64,000 nt of DNA from Ascidiella aspersa (taxonomy: Eukaryota): the NCBI GenBank assembly GCA_963924565.1, contig OZ004608.1:33852001-33916000 (forward strand), written 5' to 3'. The notes below the pieces were generated by a model. That model made no database searches, was not told where the DNA came from, and was given only the letters and a program-made list of their open reading frames with translations. A program made the translations under genes and the position numbers. Positions within the stretch are counted from its first letter, which is position 1, and the number at the start of each line of letters is the position of its first letter. This document shows positions 1 through 12,500 of the stretch, piece by piece.

Positions 1-9
1 TATCTATCC

Positions 10-398
10 CAGGGATGTCCAACCTTTTCGCAGAATGGGCCGCATTGCCACTTTAAAATTTTCGATGGGCCGCAAAATCTCTCAAATTAAAGGGGTGACG
101 TCATAAAACAACCTAACTTATAAAAACCCGTTCTTCGAGAGTGAACTTATGCGCAAATATGCGAAAATTTAAGTTTTCACATGTTTGGGCTGACACATTT
201 CCTTAAAACGGTCCGGAAAAACACACATTCAGAAAAAACACACATCTTCATTAGCAATGATGGGTGCACAAAGTGTTCGATGGATGTTGAAATGACATAA
301 GACTCGATTATAAAAACACAAGATTAGGCCTGCATCAAATACTGCGCGATCTTCACGTTTTGATGATAGTCGAAACAACCGCAGGTTGGACATCCCTG
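10..398. mobile_element. hAT (Charlie/Buster-type) MITE
   Basis: TIR cagggatgtccaacc / ggttggacatccctg; 8-bp TSD atctatcc/atctatac. Confidence 0.85.
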
Positions 399-429
399 AT
401 CTATACTAAATACGAATCTCATTTGTTAG

Positions 430-598
430 GTATTTTCCCCCTTGTACTACACACCAGCACCATCTACGAATACCCGCTTTGGCTTATTTCGCGGCTATGA
501 TTCAAACGGAGATTTCACGTACGGATTGTTACTTTCCTACGACGTCTCAAACAGCATGGTGATAACTGGAAGGCTTTGTCGAATGCCACTCGCTAAAG
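430..598 (+). CDS. Polycystin-like exon 1 (in window)
   Basis: tttgttag|...aaag|gtttgt; open frame VFSPLYY...GRLCRMPLAK; ends phase 1, matching the next exon. Confidence 0.65.
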
Positions 599-3500
599 GT
601 TTGTGTTCCATAAAATAGTTGTTGTAGGACTTGCTGTTAGATTGAGCAGACTATTTAAAGCAAAAGAAAACGAAAGTATCTCCGGGAATTCAATACATTT
701 TTGTCTAAAACAGTCGTTGCCAACATGGGAGACCGGGATGCGAATATTTTTGAACCAATTGTGCGAAAATGTGCGCAAACTCTAACTCCAACTTCTCTAT
801 TTCTAACTTATCCTAATTCAATATGTGCGCACATTTTTAAAAATATTTTTGAAGGCATTTTGAAATGCGCGCACATTGCAAACAACGCCACGCCCCATGT
901 TGCAACCTAGGGGTCACAAGGGGTTGTCTGGGAGGGGGAGGGGCTTTTTTTATTCAATAAAGAAAAAAATGTAATATGAAAACAGTATGAGATAATAGTT
1001 TAGCAGTAAAACGAGTAGGACGAACAAAAACGCCAACTTAACATTTGTGTTAAAGTTTTATTTCTTGCAGTGAACATTTGAACATTTTGCAAATTTGAAT
1101 GTGATTTTAATCGACTGCTGTTTATTTATGATACACCAAAATCGGGAGTGACGTGAGGTTTCAAAAACTACAAAAAGGCTCGGGAATGAAAAAATTGAAA
1201 ACCCTCTAAAAGGAATAAAAGCTAGCTAAAATTCCAAGATAATGTTTCCCTAGTCTAAGAAATAAACAAAAAAACATAATAAATGTTACTCTGAGCCAAA
1301 TTATTATGTCACTGTGTTTTTCTGTGTCCTCTGCCGCTGTTGTTTCCCGTGTATTGATCAACTGACATAAAACATGGGAAAGGCATGTGATAACAGAAAA
1401 CTAATGGATCCAATACTAAAGTCTTTATCAAGTGTACATGGATTTAATAATATCACGAAGGCTTACACAAGTGGGTTCGTATCTTAATTCGAATGAATAC
1501 AAAACAATGTTGTTGAAACAGAAACAGCATTAGTGTAAGTTAAAAACATCATCACCATACACTTACTGTGGTTATTTTCGTAAACCAACTAACCAAACAA
1601 ATATCTTCATTTCAGATCCGTTCATGTTGGGATGCGCCGAACCCACGAACGCCTTATTCACGGATCACACGGTTGGAGAATACTCCCTTCCAGACCACAC
1701 AGAAGCCGCCATAGAGGCTTACGGCTCCTACAACCTTCCCCGCATCTGCACGAAGCTGTGTCAGCGCAAGTTCAAGTCCAAGGCGGCGGCGTTGGACGGA
1801 TCTCAATGCATTTGCTTCGACAAGGTGACAAGCTTTCCAACTGTGAAAAACCTTATACAGTGCACTTCAGAACCCGGCTTTTCAGCATTGGAAGCCTACC
1901 CGTGGCGGTATAACAGCACCAGAAGGTTTAAAACCCAGTTTCAATGCGGTGTTGATGAGTTTGGCGGACGCTACAGCTGCGGAAATGGTCGCGGAGTCGC
2001 TTCAGTGTACGCCTTTTCCTTTCCATTACCGTCTGACTCATTCGCACCGCTTTCAACCTTCACCTTAGTAGCAAGCCAAATCCAAAATGTCGCCGCCTAC
2101 GCTAGTGTAAAGTTCTCGCTAAGAGATCTGCGATGCTGCGCGGTTTTTATCAGCGATGCTTTGGGAGCCTCCGCCTGCAACTGCGGTCGCGAGCAAATCT
2201 GGTTTCAAATCTCATTCGGCGACGGCTCCGCTTACCATGACATGAAAACCGCCAACGAGATCGCAGCCCTAGAGCTCACTCACTTTTACGAGCTTCCCGG
2301 CGAGTACGAAGTGTTAGCCGAGGTGCGTAGTGCAATAGGGGCGCCGCCCTTTCTCGCAAGCCTGCCAGTCGAAGTGGTGGTCTCAGATGTGCCGCTTTCC
2401 TTGAGCTACATTCACCACGAAATCGGAATTCCTGGAGCGCTGATGGAGGTCAGTACTTGGGCGCTTTCCGGCACCAAATTCTCGTGCACTTGGAACTACG
2501 GCGATGGATCACCGGCCGAGACCCTTCAGCTTGAAGACGTGCCTATTCCTACCACGTTTCACAGGTACAAGGCCGACGGTTTCTATTCTGTGAGTGTGGA
2601 ATGCTCGAACCGGGTTAGCTTGAAAAGCGCTGCGTTTTCCACCGTTGTGCAAACCCCGATAAGGCAACTGTACGCTCCTGAAGAGGCTGTGGCTATTTAC
2701 GGAACCGATTACATTCACGAATGGAGCGTCCAGGCGGGATCCAGCGTACAGTGTACAATGCAGTTCGGGAACTTATCGCTCCCAGACAGTTCAAGCTCTA
2801 CAAACGCCGCCTACCAGCCCAACACTTTGCGTTTCGACGCAGCGACCAACACAGGCTTTGCTCGAATCACTAGCCAAGTGTACGCGCCCAACTACCAAGG
2901 TCATGACTCGTGTCTAGCATCCGGGCTACCGACCACCTACCTGGCCGTGGTGACATGTCACAACTTCGTGACGCAACCGGTTCCGGTAGTCCTTACCTAC
3001 GTCACTTTCGAGGCCGAGATTAGGGGTGTTCGGGTAGAGTTGGCGGGAAACGGAAGCAGCAATGTGCCGCTGTTCGGTGAGGTTTGTGTCCGAATGGAAA
3101 TAACGCACGGGAGTAACGTGCATGTGGCTTGGAACTTCGGCGACGCGGAACATCCGGAAGATGACTTTGTGGAAACTTGCGGCGCCGATGAGTGCTACAC
3201 AAGGTACAGTTTTTACGTGTTTTTTTATCTTTATTTTAAGCGAACTTCAATAGGCTTTTTGCCTAACGCCGCCCGATGTTACACACAACTTCGAGATATA
3301 CTTCATTGAAAGAAAGACTGTGTCTCGTGAGCACCACTATTTTTTGAAAACGTTACAAGCTCTTTTTTGGTAACGTTGCCTAACGTAGGTATACAGAGGA
3401 ACTCATGGCTCCTGTCAAACAATTCGTGAACGCCTAAAACACGACTGATATCATATGCATTCTTGTTCTCACACAACTTTAACAAATGGAGTGTTTTTTT

Positions 3501-6500
3501 TTTAATTTAAAAATTAAAATTCGAATATACTTGAAATATTCTAGCACCTACGCTTTTACGTTTTATCTTTGTATAATTTCTATAAAATGACTCGTGTATG
3601 CCAAAATCATGAATTTTTTTAAATATTTTTTCGTTGAAGTTAAGAAAAGGGACTAAAACACAGCAACTTACGAAGTGTAAAACAATCAGGAAGTTTTTAC
3701 GAAAAGGTATAAAGGCAAGAAAAAACTTAAGTGTGAAGAAAATCAGAAAAAGAATCGAAAAGTTGTTCAACACCGAACTAGACAAAAACCACTAGCACGC
3801 ATATTTCCACAGACATTTCAGCCTTTAAATAAAACATACAAATTACGTTTGGTATTGTCGATGATGCAATTCTTTGATCTGTAGCCAATTATCTACAGTG
3901 CCTCCAGCCATTTTTTCATGTTTTGACTTTATAAAATTTAACATCAGTTTGGAACATAACGGTTGGAGGTTGCAATAAGACGTAGTAAGAATATCAAAGC
4001 CCTACCTACTTCTGTATGAGCTTTAATAATAACTTACTAAGTTTTTACATCAGATGTTTAAAACATAGCGTCAGTTTTGGTAATGTCCCGTTGCACTATA
4101 TAATGGGGCATCCTAGTCACAATTTATTTGTTTTCGCCTCAATTTAGTATTTACCCATTATTACACGTTATTAACAGCTCAATAAATGAATGGCTTGATC
4201 AAACATATTCATTCTTGCACAGATTTGCGTGCACCCAATATTCCGAAGCCGGACCTTACCAAATCTACGTTGAAGCTTCTAACGCCCTTGGAACGCTACG
4301 ATCCTCAATTATCAGAGTGTTCATTGAGAACAAACTGGAATCAATTGAGATTGACATCTCGCCCTCCCCTGTACCTAGGGAAATATCCGAAGTTCTGCTC
4401 ACCCACAAGCCCCCTTACCCTAGGGGAATCCTCGAAGTTGATTTCGGGGACGGGGGGAGTTTGGAGACCCACCAAATAGATTTTGGCATCGGCGGAGGCG
4501 AAATGACCCTAACACACCGGTATGTTTCAAGTAACATAAAGAAATTGGGAATAGGCCTACTTATTTCTTTAGTTTTATTGACGAAGGGATCACACATAGT
4601 TTGTTTTATGTTTAGCTTTAGTGACCACTAACAATTTTAAAAGATCGCCTTTTTAAACTATTTAAAATTATGTAGATTTACACATATGTAGTTGTTAGAA
4701 CCATTCGAAGGATTTACTTTGAGATTTGAGAAATCGTTTTGGTCTCTTGAATACTTGTGATAACATCGGATGTATAAACTCTAGTTTATGCGGTATATTT
4801 TTACGCCTCTTACTAATTTCGTTGCATTGAATATGTTATTACAAACAATTTAGGCTTTCGTTTTAACTAATGCTATTTACATAAGTTGTTAAAACGTTAA
4901 ACAAGAAAAAATGTCAACATTTTTTGAAAATCTGTCAAACTTTTTCGGAATTGCTGAAAAACCAAACACTGCCTTAAATCTGAAACAATTTTTTGTCAGG
5001 CCAGATATTTGTGCAGTGTGCAAAATATCTTAAATATGTACGTAAAAGTAATTGTATTTTAAAGGTTGCGATGTTCTGTGTTTTATGCAGGTATGACGCA
5101 ATCGGATTTCACAACATTTCCCTTTGGTTGCGCAACAACGTTAGCTCCATCAACACTACAACAACAATACAGATTGGATATCATTTGGTTGGAGCCCAGT
5201 TTTACACTTCGACATCTAGGTGAATTTATATGCTTGGTTGTAGAACAGTCACCCTGCAGTTTAAAACATAACTTTTGGGTGGATTGGAGAAGTGTTTGTG
5301 AATTGTCTTTCTGAAAGGAATCTGTTTTTGTAAATCCAAAACTACGTAATCCTGTTGAAAAGCCATTACTGCGTAGTAGTGTCCTACTTAATAAAAGTTT
5401 GTTTTAGAAGCCAAACTTTTTTCCTGAAAACTGATTCCACTTACTATGACGTATGACAACAACCAAAATGGTGACAAAATAAGTTAACTTTATTGTGGTC
5501 AACATTCGGGTTTGTAATTACGTCGTTTAAGCTCATGGTTTATTTCCACAAAACCTAAAAAATGTTACGTATACGGTTTGAGATTTATTGATAATAATTA
5601 TTACGTGCCATAAAACACTTGTCGCTTTTATTACAGTTTTCTTAAGTCAATAGTGGACCTCATGGTCTTACACGTCGTGGTGCCAAGGGGCTCCGAACCG
5701 AGATACAAAGTAGACTTCGGCGACGGGACAGCGCCAGCAGAGAGAAGCGAAAACGTCAACAGATCCAACCCAACATTGTCGGACTGGCAAGCTCTCTCAC
5801 ACTCCTACCAGCATCCTGGAACCTACCAGCCTACAGTACTGATCAGCAATGTATTCGGCACTGCCAGGCTTGCATTAAACGTTAATATAACGGTTCAAAA
5901 CTCGCTAACTGACAGCGAATGCACCTTGGTAACTGATCCAGTTCCTATTATAGCCTTTCCACCCGGAACAGCTTTGCTTGAAGCTCATTTAGAGAGGAGT
6001 GACAACACTTCTGGTGTCAATGTTACCGAGGGCTGGGCCAACGATGTCTCGGTGGTCTGGCGTAACTTGGTCACCAAACAGACGCTAGATTATACCAAAG
6101 CCGCTTACGAAATAGGTAAGTTGGACAAACGATTTTAAAGTAAACTCCTGCCCGCTTAAACTGAACAACCACAAAATGTAATCAACTTAGCAGAAATGCC
6201 TTCTTTTAACAACTTTCGTTTTTTCATCTATTTCTAGGTCTGCATTTTAACGCAAATAATAATTGCTTTAAAATAATCCCACGTCAGTTTACCGGTTACC
6301 GAAGAAGAAATTTAAATCAAAACAATCACCGTTTATAAAACTCGAGTTGTCAATTCAACGTAAAACCAATGCCCACTAAAAACACGTTTAGCTAGAGATC
6401 GACCGATATCAATTTTTTGGACCGATACCCGATATTTTACAATGTTACCCAATACCGATACCGATTTTTTATATAACTGGGAAATGTTTAAAACTTGAAT

Positions 6501-9500
6501 TAATTGGCAATAAAACCTACATAACATTTTAGTTTATGTATTTTATTAAGTATAAAACTATTATTTTGCAAATGAACTTGGCGTGATGCAAAAACTTAAA
6601 TGTTTTTCATCAAAAATGGGTAAGTTGTTTGTTGTACAGAAAAACTAAATCATATTTTCTTACCAAAATATCGGCCAAAGTATCGGCCTTCATTTACCGA
6701 TATATTGGTAGAAGCCAAATATCGGCCGATATCATCGGTAAACCGATATATCGATCAGTCTCTAGTTTTAACGCCATAGCACTTTTGCATGTTGTGCATA
6801 TTTTTGTTGCGCAGACCTATTTCCAAAGTTGATCACCTTCGGCGATCACGAAATCGGAGAAGTCAAAATCGAGGCGAAGCTCTCAAACCTGGTGAGCACC
6901 CACAGCCTTCACTACTCATTCACCGTTATGCGAACAGTGTCTGACGTCATAGTAGAGGTGACGTCAGCAGCCGGTTACGCAAACTCAACTTTCCCCAATT
7001 CGTCGGTGGAGTCGATTAGCGGTGCATCTGTAACGATCTCGGTTGCAACTGGGGGCGGTTCGAAGGTCAACTATTCTGTCGATTTCGGCGACGAGCATTA
7101 TGACGTCATTACGTGCCCCTTGTTTTCGAGCGCGGGTTACGTTGCCGAGTTCACCCACTCTTACAGGCAAGTTATTTTTTTTTGTCAGTACTTTAACTCA
7201 CTGTAAAATGTTGACAAAATTGCACTACGAGTGGGAGAGCAGAAAACGGCCAATCACTTTGAACACGTAATTTGAGTGCACTGAGTCTCTAGTTTTAAAT
7301 GAATAGACTTGACTTAAGGCTGTCGGGGCAAGTTTTAGGCAAGTTTGTTTTTCTGTTGGTTATATCACAGAATACCTTGCTTCATCTAACCGAGGTGTTT
7401 ACATTGTCGAATTTAGATTCAAATTGTATTTTAAACAACTTTCGTTATACAATGTGGGGAAAGTTTGTATTTTTTTGTGAGCTAAATTACTGTAAAAGGT
7501 TGACAAAGTTGTACTACAAGTGGTGTAGCATAAAACGGCGGTCTTCCAATGACTTATGTCAACTGATTTTAGTGCACTCGAGTCCCTGGTTTCAAATGAA
7601 TAGACTTGACTTAATCTTTTCGTGCAAAATGATAACCGTCTTTTTTACCGTAAATGACTTATCATCACTTTGGGGGTATTTTCGTCAGCTATTATTAAAT
7701 GTAAAAATCTTAACTTGCTGTTTGTTCCGTTGTTGTTACCTATTCTAGGAATGGAACTATTGTTTCATCGATTTTTTATGGTTATTTATTTTTTAAGACA
7801 TTAACCTTGGATTTGACTTACGTCATTGCTCTAATGTTTGTAGCACGATCCACAAACAGTGACAACCAGAGGAATAAAAATTAGGAGAAAAACATTGAAA
7901 TATATTAGTGCTTCGCCAAACTATTTCAAAGTTCCAGCCGCCATTCAAGTGTAATTAAACTTTTAATACATTTTTACTGTACAATGGTAACTACGCGAAA
8001 ACATCAAAGTGATAATCTTCTTGAATAAATTCCTATTACATTTGTAAGGAGTGAGCTTTTATCAAAAATCAAGGTTCTATTTTACGGTATTTTAATTTTA
8101 GTATAGAATAAGATCATTTTGCTGCCTATATGATATTCAATACAGCATTCTGTTATTTTAAACAGGATAGTTTACCTATTTTTCAACCTCTATAGGTTTG
8201 CCGGTGTTTTCAGTATCATGGTGAACGTTTCAAACCCGATTTCCTACGAAGAGGCGTTTCTCCCAAACTGCGTCCGGGTGTTCGACGCCATATCAGGAGT
8301 AAAGCTCTCAAGCCAATACATTGATCTGGATACCAGCGAAGTCGACTTGTTTGCTGAAGGCGCCGAGCTGTACAACGTTTACTTCGGAAAGCTTGGCATT
8401 GCCAAGTGGGTTAAGTGCTATAAATTGTTTCGTTTTTTAACGATCTTTACATTAATATATCATGTAAAACATCTGAGGAGTAAACATGGTTTAAAAGAAC
8501 TTAGCCGATGTGTACTAAAGACATTTAAACTATAAAAGTAAAAAAAAAACCTTATGGTTTATTAAAACATATTTAAAACACTAATATACATTGTTTTTAT
8601 GAGATTGCGAATTTTTTATGTTGGTAAAATAAAAGATATATTTTATTTATTCTGAACACAAAAGAATATTGTTTGGTAAGAACTAGTTTTGTAATGTTTC
8701 AGGCCAATATCAAAAATTGAGTTCGAGAAACTTGTATAGTTTTATCCAAACTATGACTTACAGCGCAGTCGTACTTTATGTTTAAAATCAGGAAAGGTCT
8801 TGCATACGTCAAAAACTAACGTTGCCCTTGGCACGAAAACATAAATAACGACGCTATTTCGGCTAAAAGTAACATTTTTTTTAAAAAATGACAGCTATAT
8901 TCCAAGACCAAACACTTGAACAAGCTTACTTTTCAGAAACAACGTAACGTACCTGCCTCTGAGGCGGGTCGTAGTTTTTCGAGTGTGTGCGGCGACAGGG
9001 ACAAACGTCACCACGCTGTGGCGTTTCGAAAACGAAGGGGTCACCGTCAAGGTCGAAAGGTCAAACGAAGGCCACGTGTTGCCCACCGCGTTTGATGACC
9101 ACTCGAATGTCCAGTGCAATATCTCACAGAAAGCGATCATCGGGTACGAATATTCATGTTGGTAAATGAACGTTTGTTAATGCTAAATTTCTGAAGTTGG
9201 AAATTGACGTGAAAGGGTTGTACAAATGTAAAATTTAGGCAAACAAGTGAATTTTGTAATACTTAATTTGATAATTTCTAGGGTTCGATGTGATAATGTT
9301 CTTTTAATTCATGTACATAACGTATTGGCGTTACACCCATTTGGTGCCACGTTTTCGTATAGCTTTTATAAAAATAGGTTTTATAAAAATTTGTTAGCCG
9401 TATTAGTATATTTTATAAACAAAGTGGTACCATACTTGGTTGTATGCTTTTTCAATTTTCGAAAACTGTGCTATGTAAAGTAAAACACAACCTTTAATGC

Positions 9501-12500
9501 ATTTCTTTAATTTGCAGCGATAAAATGGAAATCAAATTCCTGCCTAAGATCGACGAAATACAGCTTCAGTACTTGGGCTCAGACTACGTCAGAGAGAATT
9601 GCGCGGCTGAAAGTTCCCTACTGGTCAAATTCGCTCGATCTGGTATAAAATCCTTGAACGTCCTGCTCAGTAACGGTGTCACATCTTCTCGAGAAACCCT
9701 CAAGGTTAAGATGCTTGCCGAAGTCCGCGGTATTACGTTTATCGACGTCGAGCCGCCCACTGCCAATAGGACGGCCAACATCAGTATTTTGGTGGAACAG
9801 GTGAGTTCTTTTAGGCTTGCGCTTGATTGCTAAGGTTGGTAGAACGGTGGTCGCGTGTTCCCAAGAGTGTGAGATCGACTCGCAGCGAAGCACCGATTGT
9901 TTTTCGAGTATTTCTGTGTTATCATGTGAACTATAATAAGAAATTTCCTAACAATGAATAACATTTTAATGCAGCGTAGTTCAGTTTATTACTAGTGTGG
10001 CCCCATGTTGTGTAATCTCAATCCTACTGTTTAGCCCTATTCTATTTCATTTGTTTTTAAAGTACAAAGTATTTTATTTATTATTCGAACCACGATTTAC
10101 GAATTTATTATGACGGCCCAATATTTAATTGAATAAACCGTAGAAAATATTTCCCAGGCAATGTAATATACTTCTTTTGAACAGTAAAATATTGATGTCC
10201 TCGCAGGTGGTTATTGGTGTGTGCGAATTTATGAAAAGCTATTCAGACCCAGAAAAGCCCCTTCAACTTTGTATATAATGAAGTGAAACATAGGTTGATT
10301 GAAGATTGCTATTTTTAAAATGTATTTCTGGTTGTTTCTCGACTCGCTCCTATCTGAGCCTGTGTAGCTTATAGTTGGTAGAGCGACGGTCCCGGTATGA
10401 CGACAGGTCGCGAGTTTAAAGAAGTGGAACATATGCTAATAGAAGACTGCCAATTTTAAAATGACTTAAATATTTATTTTTAACACGACACGTTACTTTA
10501 CTTTCGCGTTTTGTTTTGTACGGTATTTTTACAGTTATTTGAGGCAAACTTGAATTGTCAAATATAAATGTTGGACATATATTGTATCATGAAATCCCGA
10601 ACTTGAAAGTACTTAGTTAACATTACATATACAGAAGCGGATTCGCTTTCAAGTTTCCACTGTTTATTTTCAGATCGGGTCGGACTCCTGCTTCCAGATC
10701 CAGCCGGGCGACCACCGCTCGCATATCGCATTCGGTATGACGTCACAATGCGCTTACGACCCGCGAATCAGCAGTGACCTTGACTTTCACCTCTTGACCG
10801 ATGACCCCTCGCTGTACACGGGCGACCAATTTTCGCGCTTTACGTTTACCGGGGATTTGTCAAACGGAAGCGCCACCCTAAACTTCACCTACTATTACAC
10901 CTACATTGAATCAGGCCTGCGCAAGGTATGTCGTAGTTTCGTTTTTTTAAGTTTATATTATTCTTTTGTTTTGTTTTCGTCTGCGTTATCCTACTTAAGG
11001 TCGAGATTAATTTTAAACGTGATTCGCATTGTTTTCAAAGGTTAATTTTTCTTTTTTTCAAAAAAAAGTTTGAGGACCACGTAAGGCATCGATCTATTTT
11101 TTACCTAAAGAAATTTTTATTTGAACTTATTATGGCATTCTCAACAAATATAATCCGTCAAATGACAATAGAACTGTTTATTTTCGACCCAAAAGCGACC
11201 AAGTTTATTTAATAGCAGCAACTTAAGTATTGATTAAAACAAAACTTTGTCGAATAGTGATAAATGCGAGGGTGTATTATTGTCTGGCGTAAACATTGCA
11301 CTTCAAAACATTCAATTGGCGATTTTTCATATATTCAATTGGTAAAAACACAACTTGCTGCGGGCAACACTATAGTTACACACCAAGAGAGCTATACTTG
11401 TTTTACAAATATTAGGGTGCGATTAATTCAATGTCTTCAGATTGAAGTGATCGTTTCTCAAAAGTTAATGTGCCACTAATTCAATGTCGTTAAATTGAGA
11501 TTATTGTTTTACAAATGTTAACGTGCATCTAATGCAATGTCTTTAGACTGAAGTGAATGTTAATTCACCGTCGTAAGACTGAAGTGATCGCTTCACAAAC
11601 GTCAACGTGTAACTAATTCAAACATGTCTTCAGATTGAAGTAATCGGCTTTAACGCCATATCCCAAGAAAGCGCGTCCATAGACCTGGCTGTCACGGAGG
11701 TCTTGTGCGACTATCCCTTTGTACTCATCGAGAAGAACTCGTCGAACTCGCGACTCAACGCACGTCGGATTGCCAGCTTCCTCGAGTTCCGACTCTACTC
11801 GGTGATCCGGCCCAACTGCAAGTCCACCAGTCGCTTCCTGACTCGCTGGGATGCCTACGACGTGGTGGGATCCAACTCCTCCGAGTCCACTGCCCCTCTT
11901 CCGCACGCAGGTCCTTACAAAATCTTGTTTTTTCTCTAAACCAGTGCTTCTCAACTTATGGGTCGCGACCCGAAATTGGGTCGCTGTTTGATTTGGTTGG
12001 GTCGCCGACCGCAGTAGCTCACGTGGTTATACGAATTAAAAATTGGTTCTTAGCAAAATTTTTCGATTAAGAAAATTAAGGAAGTATTACAAATAATGTC
12101 TTATTATTAAAACTCGTAATTCTTTATGCTAATGCCTATTTTTGTTCGCTCACAAGAAGGTAATTTTATTTCGCTTACAAGAAAAACAATTGGGTCACCA
12201 AAGCTTATCGTCATACTTACGCTTAATATTTGGGTCGCCGCGAAAAAAGGTTGAGAAGCACTGCTCTAAATCGTCTTCCGTTACATTCGTAGTAACCTGA
12301 CTCATTTTGTGGCCTGTTTTTTCATTGCCATCTATATACGTACCACGCAAACTTCCTTGTCGCTTAACTTGCTGTTTACTTGTCACAAACTTTCCTACAC
12401 TCTTTTGTTGTCCGACTAGGCTGCTTTTCCGGTTGCGTGCTTGTTAGTTTTGAGTTGAGAATTTGCTTTTAAATAAGCGAACGAGTTGACCAATTTAGAT

